Source of the DNA: Conexibacter sp.
GTDB taxonomy: Bacteria > Actinomycetota > Thermoleophilia > Solirubrobacterales > Solirubrobacteraceae
Assembly: GCA_045805465.1 (NCBI GenBank)
Contig: JBJMLB010000114.1
Location: forward strand, 2,375-66,374
Length of the DNA stretch: 64,000 nt
Direction of reading: 5' to 3'
In this document: positions 1 to 8,617 of the stretch, piece after piece
How positions within the stretch are numbered: the first letter of the stretch is position 1
Layout of the letters: each line of letters starts with the position of its first letter
Notes under the pieces: generated by a model
What the model saw: only the letters and a program-made list of their open reading frames with translations
Told to the model about the DNA's origin: nothing
Databases searched by the model: none
Program-made: the position numbers and the translations under genes

Positions 1-255
1 GAGACGTTCCCGACGGCGCTCGGCGGCAACGGCGCCGCGCTGGCGCTGCTCGTCGCGTGGGCGATCCCCGACGTGCGCGATGCGCGCCGCGGACGGGAGG
101 TCGACGGCGACCTGCTCGGGGCCGCCGTGTTTGCCGTCGTGCTGCTGCTGCTTCCACTCGCGGTCGACTGGGCCGATCCGCTGGCGGGGATCACCGGGCT
201 CGTGGCAGGTGCGGCGCTTGGCTACCCGCTCGCGCGGGTGGCCGCTGGCCGCTGA
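1..255 (+). CDS. 3' end of a hydrophobic membrane protein (5' end outside window)
   Basis: Frame 1 is open from nt 1 to TGA 253-255. The translation ETFPTALGGNGAALALLVAWAIPDV...GLVAGAALGYPLARVAAGR is TM-helix-like. No family can be assigned. Confidence 0.4.
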   Translation, partial: ETFPTALGGNGAALALLVAWAIPDVRDARRGREVDGDLLGAAVFAVVLLLLPLAVDWADPLAGITGLVAGAALGYPLARVAAGR

Positions 256-280
256 TCCCGCACGGCGCAGGGTGCGCCGT

Positions 281-625
281 ATGATCCGCCGGGTGGAGCG
301 TGCCTACACCGACGCGGAGCTGGATGCGGCGCTGGCCGCGCTGAGCGAGGAGGGCCGGCTGCGCGAGGCGCAGCGGCTCGTCGCGCGTGCGGCGCCGCAG
401 CTGCACCGGGTGCTCGACGAGGCGCTTGCGGCGGGCGGCTGGTTCGGCGAGACGCACGAGCAGGCGGTCGGCGCGGCTGCCGACGTCGAGGACCCGGATG
501 GGCGCCGGCAGGCGATCGGAACGCTCGTCGAGGAGGAGACGCGCCTGGGCATGCTCGTCGGCGTTGCCGTCGGCTTCGAGCTGGCGCGCACGCTGGAGAT
601 CACGACTTCGACGGAAGGGGACTGA
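281..625 (+). CDS. hypothetical protein (114 aa)
   Basis: ATG at 281 (MIRRVERAYTDAELDAALAALSEEG...) with GC3-rich codon usage. The stop TGA 623-625 abuts the next gene's ATG at 627. The upstream part of track ORF 80..625 is Arg/Cys-rich junk. Confidence 0.5.
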   Translation: MIRRVERAYTDAELDAALAALSEEGRLREAQRLVARAAPQLHRVLDEALAAGGWFGETHEQAVGAAADVEDPDGRRQAIGTLVEEETRLGMLVGVAVGFELARTLEITTSTEGD

Positions 626-626
626 G

Positions 627-1301
627 ATGAACCTGCGCTACCTCGGCCATTCGGCCTTCGCGCTGAGCGACGGCGGGACGACCGTGCTCGTCGACCCGTT
701 CCTGACGGGCAACCCGAGAGCCGTGGCGAGCGCCGACGAGCTCGACGCCACGGCGATCCTGCTGACGCACGGCCACGCCGACCACCTCGGCGATACGGTC
801 GCGATCGCCAAGCGCACCGGCGCGACGGTCGTCGCGATCGTCGAGCTGGCCAACGAGATCGGCGGCGCGGGCGTCGACGTGCGCGACCCGAACCTCGGCG
901 GCACCGAGACGTTCGACTGGGGCAGCGTGAAGCTCGTGCCGGCCTGGCACACGGCGGTCTCGCCGAGCGGCACGGCGCACACGCCGGCCGGCCTGCTGAT
1001 CGAGTTCGCGGGCACGACGATCTACCACGTCGGCGACACCTGCCTCTTCTCCGACCTGCAGCTCGTCGGCCGCGGCCGCGAGATCGACGTCGCGCTCGTG
1101 CCGATCGGCGGCCACTACACGATGGATCGCCACGACGCCGTCGACGCGGTGCGGCTGATCGGCGCGAAGACGGTCGTGCCGATCCACTACGACACGTTCT
1201 CGCCGATCGAGACGGACGCGCACGCGTTCAAGGCCGACGTCGAGGCGCAGACCTCGAGCTCCGTCGTCGTGCTGGCGCCCGGGGAGAGCTGGTCGCGATG
1301 A
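627..1301 (+). CDS. UPF0173-type metal-dependent hydrolase (metallo-beta-lactamase fold)
   Basis: MNLRYLGHSAFALSDGGTTVLVDPFLTGNP...LLTHGHADHLGD carries the HxHxDH motif. Its length of about 224 aa is typical of the family. Confidence 0.85.
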   Translation: MNLRYLGHSAFALSDGGTTVLVDPFLTGNPRAVASADELDATAILLTHGHADHLGDTVAIAKRTGATVVAIVELANEIGGAGVDVRDPNLGGTETFDWGSVKLVPAWHTAVSPSGTAHTPAGLLIEFAGTTIYHVGDTCLFSDLQLVGRGREIDVALVPIGGHYTMDRHDAVDAVRLIGAKTVVPIHYDTFSPIETDAHAFKADVEAQTSSSVVVLAPGESWSR

Positions 1302-1573
1302 CGCACGCGATCATCCTGATCCAGGCCGAGCGGACCGCGCTGCCCGACCTCGGCGGCCAGCTGGCCGATGTGCCGGGCGTGGCGGAGGCCTACTCGATCA
1401 CCGGCGAGTGGGACTTCGCGGCGATCCTGCGGCTGCGCGAGCAGGACGACCTCGCGCACGTCATCACCGAGCAGCTCGCGCAGCTGCCGGGCATCGTCAA
1501 GACGCAGACGCTGCTTGCGTTCGAGGTCTACTCCAGACACGACCTCGAGTCGCTCTTCTCCGTCGGCGAGTGA
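1298..1573 (+). CDS. Lrp/AsnC ligand-binding (RAM) domain protein
   Basis: The 91-aa product MTHAIILIQAERTALPDLGGQLADVPGVAEAYSITGEWDFAAILR... matches the stand-alone AsnC-type domain pattern. Its ATGA start overlaps the upstream stop. Confidence 0.75.
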   Translation: MTHAIILIQAERTALPDLGGQLADVPGVAEAYSITGEWDFAAILRLREQDDLAHVITEQLAQLPGIVKTQTLLAFEVYSRHDLESLFSVGE

Positions 1574-1589
1574 GACCCGCCCCGCCCGC

Positions 1590-2687
1590 TCAACGCAGCG
1601 CGCCGGCGCGCGCGAGCGCGACGCCGAACGCGTCCGCCATCGCCGCGTAGGTGTGGCCGGCGAGCGCCTCGCGGCCGGCTGCGCCGAGGCGCTCGCGCAG
1701 CGCGGGGTCCTCGAGCAGGCGCCCGATCGCGTGTGCGAGCGCGGCCGGGTCGCCGGGCGCGACGACGAGGCCGGTCCGGCCGTCGCGCACGAGCCCGCCG
1801 GCGACCGCGCCGACGGCCGTGGTGGCGAGCACCGGCGTGCCCTGGTGCAGCGCCTCGTTGCAGACGAGCCCCCACGGCTCGCGGAAGCGTGGGGTGGGGA
1901 TCGACGGCAGGACGAGGGCGTCCGCGGCGGCGTAGGCGACCGGCAGCCGCTCGCGGGGGAGCGGGCCGAGCAGGCGCACCTTCGGGGTGGTGCGGACGTG
2001 CTCCGCGAGCGGGCCGTCGCCGATCACCGCGAGGGTGGCGTCTGCGTCGAGCATCCGCCATGCCGCGAGCAGCTCCTCGATGCCCTTCTCCTCGACCAGC
2101 CGGCCGACGTAGAGGACGAGCGGACCGTCCGGCAGCCCTGCCTCGGCGCGCCACGCGGCGATCTCCTCTGCGGCGACCGCGCGCCCGAACAGCTCCGCCT
2201 CGACGGACTGCGGCGCGATCACGACGTCGTCGTCCGACTGGCCGCGGTACCGGGTCACGTAGCGGCGCACATGCTCGCCGTACGTGACGACGGCGTCCGC
2301 GTGGCGGTAGACGTGGCGCACGAGCGGGAAGCCGAGCGCGGCCTTCGCGCCGCCGCGCGGATGCGCCCACACCGAGCCCCAAAGCACGAAGGGGCGGCCG
2401 CGCCGGCGCATGCCGAGATACGTCGCAGGGAGCATCGCGCCGCCCGCGACGGGCGCGATCGCGGCGTCGTAGCGCTTGCCGAGCCCGAGCGCCGCGCGCG
2501 GGCCGGCGATGCGCTCGGCGGGGAACGGCGCCGCCGCGAGTTGGCCGTCGAGATCCCCGAACCACTCGGGCACGTAGCTCGCGCCTGCGCCGAAGCACAG
2601 CACCTCGACGCCGTACCGCTCGGCGAGCAGCGTGTAGAGCGGGACGCGGTAGGGCGCCAGCACGTTCGTCACGAGCGCGATCGCCAC
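1590..2687 (-). CDS. glycosyltransferase family 4 (GT1 clan)
   Basis: The C-terminal part reads VLYVGRLVEEKGIEELL...LVLPSI..EPWGLVCNEALHQGTPVLAT..GGLVRDGRTGLVV, an E-x7-E type motif. Start chosen at GTG 2687 (VAIALVTNVLAPYRVPLY). The in-frame ATG at 2762 would overlap the divergent gene, so the start is uncertain. Confidence 0.75.
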   Translation of the reverse strand: MAIALVTNVLAPYRVPLYTLLAERYGVEVLCFGAGASYVPEWFGDLDGQLAAAPFPAERIAGPRAALGLGKRYDAAIAPVAGGAMLPATYLGMRRRGRPFVLWGSVWAHPRGGAKAALGFPLVRHVYRHADAVVTYGEHVRRYVTRYRGQSDDDVVIAPQSVEAELFGRAVAAEEIAAWRAEAGLPDGPLVLYVGRLVEEKGIEELLAAWRMLDADATLAVIGDGPLAEHVRTTPKVRLLGPLPRERLPVAYAAADALVLPSIPTPRFREPWGLVCNEALHQGTPVLATTAVGAVAGGLVRDGRTGLVVAPGDPAALAHAIGRLLEDPALRERLGAAGREALAGHTYAAMADAFGVALARAGALR

Positions 2688-2717
2688 GGCCCCGCAGCGT
2701 GCCAGAATCGGCGGCTG

Positions 2718-3881
2718 ATGACTCCGCCGGCCCTGTTTCCGCCGCGAGGCGCTGATGCGCATGCGCGTGTGCTGCTGCTCCACAACGGCTATCGCGCCGC
2801 CGGTGGGGAGGAACGCGTCGTCGACGAGCTGGAGGCGCTGCTGCGCGCACGCGGCCATGCGGTGGCGCGGCTCGAACGCGGCAGCGAGGAGGCCGGGCGC
2901 GCGCAGGCCGCCGCCGGGCTCCTGCGCGGGGGGCTGCGGCCCGACGACGTCGCGAAGGCGGTCCGCCTGCATCGCGCCGACGTGGTGCACGCCCACAACC
3001 TCCATCCGCTGCTCGGCTGGCGCGCGCTCGCCGCGGCGCGGGCGGCCGGCGCTCGGACGGTGCTGCACCTACACAACTACCGCCTCGTCTGCGCGATCGG
3101 GGTGGCCTACCGCGACGGCGGCCCCTGTTACGAGTGCCACGGCCGCGACACGCTGCCCGGCGTGCGGCACCGCTGCCGCGGCTCGCTTTCGGAGGCCGCC
3201 GTCTACGCGGCCGGCCTCGCGCGCCAGCAGCCGCGTCTGCTCGAGCACGCCGACGCGCTCGTGTCCGTCAGCGAGGCGCTCGCGGCGCGGCTGGGGGCGC
3301 TCGGGATCCCGCGCGAGGCGATGACGGTGCTGCCGAACGCCGTGCGCTCGATCGCGACCGATTCGCGGGCGGCGCAGGGGACGTACGCGCTCGCGGCCGG
3401 CCGGCTCGTGGAGGAGAAGGGCTTCGACCTGGCGATCCGGGCCGCGCGGGACGCCGGCGTGCCGCTGCGGATCGCGGGCGAGGGTCCCGACGAGGCGCGC
3501 CTGCGCGGGTTGGCTGCGGGCGCCGAGGTGGTGTTCCTCGGACGCCTGTCGGACGAGGCGCTGGCGCACGAGCGCCGCGGAGCCGCCGTGCTGCTTGCGC
3601 CGGCGCGCAGCGACGATCCCTGCCCGATGACGGTGATCGAGGCGCTCGCCGACGGGTTGCCGGTGCTGGGAAGCGACCGCGGCGGCCTGCCGGAGCTGGT
3701 CGGCGAGGATGCCGGGCTCCCGGTCGACGACCCGGCCGCTTGGAGCGCCGCGCTGACCGCCCTCTGGTCCGACCCCGCCGCCCGCGCCGCCGCCGGCGCC
3801 GCCGCGCTGGAGCGCGCCCGCGCGAGGCACTCCCCCGACGCCTGGTACGCCGGGCTGATGGAGCTCTACCGCGGCGGCTGA
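2718..3881 (+). CDS. glycosyltransferase family 4 with a Cys/His-rich insertion
   Basis: RVLLLHNGYRAAGGEERVV...GRLVEEKGFDLAI...CPMTVIEALADGLPVLGSDRGGLPELV supports the GT4 call. The upstream part of track ORF 1368..3881 is antisense to the neighbouring GT4 gene. Confidence 0.8.
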   Translation: MTPPALFPPRGADAHARVLLLHNGYRAAGGEERVVDELEALLRARGHAVARLERGSEEAGRAQAAAGLLRGGLRPDDVAKAVRLHRADVVHAHNLHPLLGWRALAAARAAGARTVLHLHNYRLVCAIGVAYRDGGPCYECHGRDTLPGVRHRCRGSLSEAAVYAAGLARQQPRLLEHADALVSVSEALAARLGALGIPREAMTVLPNAVRSIATDSRAAQGTYALAAGRLVEEKGFDLAIRAARDAGVPLRIAGEGPDEARLRGLAAGAEVVFLGRLSDEALAHERRGAAVLLAPARSDDPCPMTVIEALADGLPVLGSDRGGLPELVGEDAGLPVDDPAAWSAALTALWSDPAARAAAGAAALERARARHSPDAWYAGLMELYRGG

Positions 3882-3928
3882 GCCGGCGGCGCACGAGTGA
3901 GTCACGTGCGCCGCCAGCGCAATCGGCC

Positions 3929-5200
3929 TCAGGTTTCGGCGGTCACGCTGTCTTCCACCTGCCTGATGCTGTTGCCTATTAGCACCACGTCTTCGACTGC
4001 TCTGCCTGCTTCTTCAGGCGCTTCGACTATTACATTGAAGCTGCAGGTCCCCGCCGGAGCGAGTCTCGCCCCGATGCACCTGTGGGGATCGATTATCGCG
4101 AAGTTCGTGCCGGTTCTCATCGCGATGCTATTGATCGTGACTTCGTCTCTGGCGGTAAGCGTGACAGCTCTTCTGGCCAGGCCACCCGCCGCGACTCTTC
4201 CGAACACGATCGGCGACGGTGTCGTGACCGGGGGTATCGCATCTCGTGTCCTTCCCCTAAGGACGTCGTTCGCCGTGCCGAGGTTCGTTGCGACCGTGAC
4301 CGTGTCTTCGTAGGTTCTGCCCAAGGTGTTGGGCGCGTCGAAGATTGCCGTAAACGAGCATCTGCCGTTAGCGATAATTCTCGACCCTCTGCATCCATTC
4401 GGATCGGTTATCGAGAAATTGGTACCCCTGACGATGCTGATTGAGCTCACGGTTGTTTCGGCTGAGACGGCTTCGATCGTGATAGTTCTTCTGACGGTCG
4501 TTTCGGGTTCTGTCGAGCCAAATTCAACTGGCGATGGCGAAAGCCTCGCCGCCGGTATTAGAGTTACCGCAACCTGTGACGCCGAGGCTAGCTTCGTCAT
4601 CACGCCGGCGCCGGAGAAGGCCCCTTCTGTCATATATTCGAATGGGTCTCTGCAGGTTATCCTGGCACTTTCGTCGCTTCTCAACTGTTCGAAATGCGAC
4701 GTGCTACCGACTTCTTCCGCTACCGTTGCGCTGTTCCTCCACGGATGGACGAGTTCGGCCTGTATCTTGCACTTCGGAATAAGAAACTGTGAACTGTCTA
4801 TTTCGAACGCCGCCCTGCTCATTGACAAGCCGACGCTCGTTATGTTTGGTAGTGTTCCGCCGAAAGAATCATAAGTCAGATCCCAAGGAAGCGTTTCGCT
4901 GTTGACTCTCGCTGTGCCTCCCGTGCATTCGCCGGCTCCGCTCCCTCCCCTGATGACGGCTCTGGTCACCCTGCCGACTGTGCTCCCGGCTCTCTTTGCT
5001 ATGGTGGCTCCGCTGAGGCTGCCTTCAAGCGTGAGCGGGCAGCTCACCGCTGATACTTCTGCGCTGCCATACGCGAGCGCCGACCAGGTGACTCTGAAGC
5101 CCTGTTCGTCGACGCTGAGCCTGCTGGCGGAGGCCTTGCTGATCGTCGTGGCGAGCATGATGGCCACGAGGCCGGCGAGGATGAGCTTGTGTCGTCGCAT
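3929..5200 (-). CDS. secreted protein with an unknown N-terminal domain and two tandem Ig-like (choice-of-anchor-D/ASH-like) repeats
   Basis: Signal peptide MRRHKLILAGLVAIMLATTISKASA, with SD AAGGAGGAG upstream. Two repeats of about 95 aa share PSP[VI]xFG...GTNF[SA]I[TI]DP..C.G......G.CSF..I..AP. Composition is markedly AT-richer than the flanks. Confidence 0.8.
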   Translation of the reverse strand: MRRHKLILAGLVAIMLATTISKASASRLSVDEQGFRVTWSALAYGSAEVSAVSCPLTLEGSLSGATIAKRAGSTVGRVTRAVIRGGSGAGECTGGTARVNSETLPWDLTYDSFGGTLPNITSVGLSMSRAAFEIDSSQFLIPKCKIQAELVHPWRNSATVAEEVGSTSHFEQLRSDESARITCRDPFEYMTEGAFSGAGVMTKLASASQVAVTLIPAARLSPSPVEFGSTEPETTVRRTITIEAVSAETTVSSISIVRGTNFSITDPNGCRGSRIIANGRCSFTAIFDAPNTLGRTYEDTVTVATNLGTANDVLRGRTRDAIPPVTTPSPIVFGRVAAGGLARRAVTLTARDEVTINSIAMRTGTNFAIIDPHRCIGARLAPAGTCSFNVIVEAPEEAGRAVEDVVLIGNSIRQVEDSVTAET

Positions 5201-5447
5201 TGCTGGAACTCCTCCTTGTTCTGGTGGAACAGGAGCTCGAGTCCGGCGTCAGCGGGGCGCGGCCGCGGGTGCGGCTGGCAGCCGCGTTGCGTGAGCCTGC
5301 CTCGGCATCCCCCTCCCTTGACTTGGCTGGTGGTGCGGCGCGCTTCGTACGCGCCAGCCCCCATGGCAAGATACCGCAAACTAGTAGAAAGGCGCATAAT
5401 ACGGAGGCGTCCTGCACGAGCCGCGGCAGGGCGTTAGGGTCCGGCAG

Positions 5448-5966
5448 GTGTGCGTCTCTCGCTGGCTGGCGGTAGTGGCGTTGGTGATCCTGGCCGGCTG
5501 CGGCGGCGGCAACACCGGCCCGGGCGCATCAACTAACCCCACCGCGAGCGCTCCGGACGCGACGGCGCCGCCGACGGACGCGACGCAGCCGGGCACCGCA
5601 CCGGTGACGACGCCGCCGGCCACGACGCCGACGACGACGCAGCCGTCGGACGACGGCGGGTCGAGCGGAGGCGGCGGCGAGCAGGCGGTGCGCGTGCCCG
5701 CGTCGTTCGTGGTCGCGCAGAGCGGTCGGCTGACGCCGCCCACCATCACCGTGCCGCCGTTCCTGGCGGTCGAGATCTCGATCCGCTCGGACGACGGGAG
5801 AGCGCATAGGCTCGTGCTCCAGACCCCGGCGCCGCATACGCTGCGGGTCGCTGCTGGCAGACGTGCCGCCGCGCGGATCGCCGGCCTCAGAGCCGGTCGC
5901 TATCCGGTGACGCTCGACGGCCGCCGCGCCGGCGCGCTCGTGGCCGGCGGCGAGGTCGGTCCTTAG
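5448..5966 (+). CDS. lipoprotein with a Pro/Thr-rich linker and cupredoxin-like C-terminal domain
   Basis: GTG start and lipobox LAGC. A low-complexity TTPPATTPTTTQP linker is followed by a beta-rich domain of about 90 aa (ITVPPFLAVEISIRSDDGRAHRLVLQ...YPVTLDG). No obvious Cu ligands are present. Confidence 0.65.
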   Translation: MCVSRWLAVVALVILAGCGGGNTGPGASTNPTASAPDATAPPTDATQPGTAPVTTPPATTPTTTQPSDDGGSSGGGGEQAVRVPASFVVAQSGRLTPPTITVPPFLAVEISIRSDDGRAHRLVLQTPAPHTLRVAAGRRAAARIAGLRAGRYPVTLDGRRAGALVAGGEVGP

Positions 5967-6054
5967 CCTTCTCGGGCACGGCTGGCTGGCCAGCCAGGGC
6001 TCCGCTAGGCTGGGACGGTCGCACCGCACCGTTCCGCGAGGAGAGAGGCCCGTC

Positions 6055-6978
6055 GTGTCCGACACCGCCGCAGGCTCACGCACCGACCGCGTCGACTTCC
6101 GTGCCACGACTGACCCGGCGCTGCTCGAGAGCGCTGACCGCGGCCAGGCCAACCTGCTCACCTACCCCGAGCTGTACTCGCTGTGGGAGCGCCAGCACTG
6201 GGCCGTCCAGGACATTGACTTCACGCAGGACCGCGTCGACTGGCACGAGCGGATCGACGCCGAGGAGCGCTTCCAGCGCATGTACGGCCTGTCGTCGTTC
6301 TTCATCGGAGAGCAGCGCGTCACTGCCGAGCTGGGGCCGATGATGCGCGCCGCGCCGAGCGAGGACATGCGGATCTTCCTCTCCACGCAGATCGCCGACG
6401 AGGCACGCCACGTCGCCTTCTTCGACCGCTTCTACAGCGAGGTCGGCGTGCTGCAGGCGGAGGGGCTCGATGAGCGCCTGGCCGAGACGAGCGAGCACCT
6501 GAACCCCGAGTTCGGCGTGCTGTTCGACGAGCTGTTGAAGGGGCGCGTCGACCGTCTCGCCGCCGAGCCGGAGGACCTCGAGACGCTCGTCGAGGCGGTC
6601 ACGATCTACCACATGGTGATCGAGGGGATGCTCGCGCTCACCGGCCAGCACTTCATCATCGACTACAACGAGAGAGAGGGCACGCTGCCCGGCTTCGTTG
6701 AGGGCTTCATCAACGTCGCGCGCGACGAGCACCGCCACGTCGCCTTCGGAGCCCGCTTTCTGCGCGACATGGCGCGCGAGGACCCGCGCTACACGACCGC
6801 GATCCAGCGCACGCTCGGCGAGGTCGCGCCGATCGCGGAGGGCGTGCTGAGACCGAGCTGGGCTCCCGACGACGAGAGCGTCGAGCTGTTCGGCGTCTCG
6901 ATCGCCGACACGCGCGCGTTCGCGCTGAGAGCGCTCGAGCGCCGCATGAAGGTGATCGGGCTCGTCGCGGCCGCCTGA
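6055..6978 (+). CDS. ferritin-like di-metal protein, ribonucleotide reductase R2 / R2-like ligand-binding oxidase family
   Basis: Metal-ligand-type motifs GEQRV..E, ADEARHV, VIEGMLALTG and RDEHRHVAFG are present. SD GAGGAGAGAGG precedes GTG 6055. Confidence 0.75.
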   Translation: MSDTAAGSRTDRVDFRATTDPALLESADRGQANLLTYPELYSLWERQHWAVQDIDFTQDRVDWHERIDAEERFQRMYGLSSFFIGEQRVTAELGPMMRAAPSEDMRIFLSTQIADEARHVAFFDRFYSEVGVLQAEGLDERLAETSEHLNPEFGVLFDELLKGRVDRLAAEPEDLETLVEAVTIYHMVIEGMLALTGQHFIIDYNEREGTLPGFVEGFINVARDEHRHVAFGARFLRDMAREDPRYTTAIQRTLGEVAPIAEGVLRPSWAPDDESVELFGVSIADTRAFALRALERRMKVIGLVAAA

Positions 6979-6994
6979 GCGGGCGCGGGCGGCG

Positions 6995-8557
6995 CTATTC
7001 GGCGCCGGAGTCGTCGTCCGACGCGGAGACGGGCGTCGGGGCCGGTGTCGTATTCGTGCCGGGGTCGTCTCCGGCGGCCGGAGGCAGCGTGCCCGGCGGC
7101 GGCGTCGGCGCGGTCTCCGACGGCGGGGCCGGGGTCGTGCTCGCCGGGGGCGGTGCGGGAGCGGTGGTCGTCGGCGGCGGGGCGGGCGTGGTCGCCGCGG
7201 GCGTGCCGGCGGCTGCGGAGGGAACCGGCACGAGCGTCGGCGGCGGCGTCTCGGCCGGCATCGTTGTCGGAAGCGTCGTCGCGCCGGTCTCGACGTGCGT
7301 GTGCCCTTGGTCGGCGGCGGTCGGGTCGACGGCGGGTGCCGCCGGCGCGGCGGTCGTGACAGTCGTGGTCGCCGGCGGGTCGATCGCGGGCTGCTCGACA
7401 GGCTTCGCGTGCTTTGCCGGCGCGTCGAGCGCGCGCTGCACGCGGGCGGGCGCCGGCCGGATGACGGCGGCGGCGACGGCCGGCTGGTGCGGCACCTGCT
7501 GGGCGATGACCTGCGCCTGGGAGGTCGTGCGCTCGGCCGGCGTCTGCTCGATCTCGACGGCGCCGGCGGTCACCAGCGCTGCGGCGGCGAGCCCGGCCGC
7601 CGCCTTCGCGCCGAGCGCGCCCAGCCCGGCCGACACGAGCCCGCCGCCGCTCGCGGTGCCTGCCGTGCCGGCGACCGCTCCGACGGCGGCCGTGCCTGAC
7701 GCGGCGCTGCCGGCACCGCCGGCGCCACCGCCTCCGGCAAGCGAGGTGAGCCCGAGGTGCGCAAGGAAGAGTCTCTTGGCGAGCAGCATCGGCCCGACCG
7801 GGAGCATCAGCGCAAGCGCCTTGCTCGTCGCGCGCAGCTCCGTGCGGAAGGTGGCGCAGCGCTCGCACGAGCGCAGGTGGCGGCGCACCGGCGGCGTCGT
7901 GCGGCGGCGCAGGCCCTCGGCGATCTCACCGAGCTCGATGCGCACGTCCTCACAGTTGAGCTGCCGTGCCTCGGCGGCCTCGGCGAGCGACACGCGGGCG
8001 CGCACGAGCAGTGACTTGACGCTCGGGATCGTCGTCTCCATCGCCTCGGCGATCTGCTCGTAGGAGAGCGCGTCGATCTCGCGCAGCAGGAGAGCGGTGC
8101 GCTGCGTCTCGGGCAGCTCCCGCACGTCGGCGATCAGCTCGCGGAACTGCTCGCGCTTGTCGACCTTGTCGGCCGTCGTCGTGCCGTGCTCGGACAGGTG
8201 GATGTCCATCGAGTCGACGCCGATCGGCTGGATGCGGCGCAGGTGGTTGAGGCTGCGGTTGCGCGCGATGCGGTAGAGCCAGGGGCGCGCGTTGATCGGA
8301 CGGTCGTCGGCGAGGATCGCGTTGAAGGCCGCTGCGAAGACCTCTTGGAGCACGTCCTCGGCGTCCTCGCGCGAGCCGAGCATGTGGCGGCAGAAGGCGA
8401 GCAGGCGCGACTGGTAGCGGCCGACGAGCGCCTCGAAGGCGCCGTGGTTGCCGCGCCGCACGAGCGCGATCAGGCGCTCGTCGGACTGCAGCCGCAGCAG
8501 CGGCGAGCGAGCTGGGGTGCCGACGGGGCCGGCGTGGGTGAGTGCTGAGGCCTCCAC
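6995..8557 (-). CDS. ECF sigma-70 factor fused to a zf-HC2 anti-sigma domain, TM segment and Pro/Thr/Ala-rich tail
   Basis: Region 2 (DAEDVLQEVFAAAF..PWLYRIARNRSLNHLRR) and region 4 (LPETQRTALLLREIDALSYEQIAEAMETTIPSVKSLLVRARVSL) are followed by C-x..HL-x2-C-x2-C (CEDVRIEL...RRHLRSCERCATF). A Gly/Ala-rich hydrophobic stretch and a long PT-rich tail complete the protein. Confidence 0.85.
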   Translation of the reverse strand: MEASALTHAGPVGTPARSPLLRLQSDERLIALVRRGNHGAFEALVGRYQSRLLAFCRHMLGSREDAEDVLQEVFAAAFNAILADDRPINARPWLYRIARNRSLNHLRRIQPIGVDSMDIHLSEHGTTTADKVDKREQFRELIADVRELPETQRTALLLREIDALSYEQIAEAMETTIPSVKSLLVRARVSLAEAAEARQLNCEDVRIELGEIAEGLRRRTTPPVRRHLRSCERCATFRTELRATSKALALMLPVGPMLLAKRLFLAHLGLTSLAGGGGAGGAGSAASGTAAVGAVAGTAGTASGGGLVSAGLGALGAKAAAGLAAAALVTAGAVEIEQTPAERTTSQAQVIAQQVPHQPAVAAAVIRPAPARVQRALDAPAKHAKPVEQPAIDPPATTTVTTAAPAAPAVDPTAADQGHTHVETGATTLPTTMPAETPPPTLVPVPSAAAGTPAATTPAPPPTTTAPAPPPASTTPAPPSETAPTPPPGTLPPAAGDDPGTNTTPAPTPVSASDDDSGAE

Positions 8558-8617
8558 TCGTACGCAAGGACACCGTAGCAGCGGCGATGTTGCGCTCTTT
8601 CAACGCTTATTCGGTGC

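Noticed and set aside
1-255. Rhomboid-protease call for the truncated first ORF, based on GGNGAALALLVAW resembling the GxSGA helix.
   Set aside because: The catalytic Ser is not present in the motif, and only 84 residues are visible. It is left as a generic membrane protein.
2688-2762. Divergent overlap of the two GT4 genes if the minus-strand gene started at ATG 2762.
   Set aside because: The GT4 fold begins at VAIALVTNV (GTG 2687), as in typical family members. The extra 25 residues (MRISASRRKQGRRSHQPPILARCGA) look non-native and would overlap the other gene's start, so the shorter model is preferred.
1528-2850. Long Arg/Ala/Pro-rich ORFs antisense or out of frame to real genes. Examples are 1528..2850, 10733..11911, 24203..26485, 32913..34946, 45413..47941, 58283..60646 and 21970..23328.
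   Set aside because: They have a typical high-GC stop-codon-poor shadow-frame composition: extreme Arg/Pro/Ala content and no domain motifs. Each overlaps a gene with clear family signatures on the other strand or frame.
7000-7750. Highly repetitive GC-rich sequence that might look like a repeat array or CRISPR.
   Set aside because: There is no regular repeat-spacer periodicity. The sequence is in frame with the sigma/anti-sigma ORF and encodes its Pro/Thr/Ala/Gly low-complexity tail.
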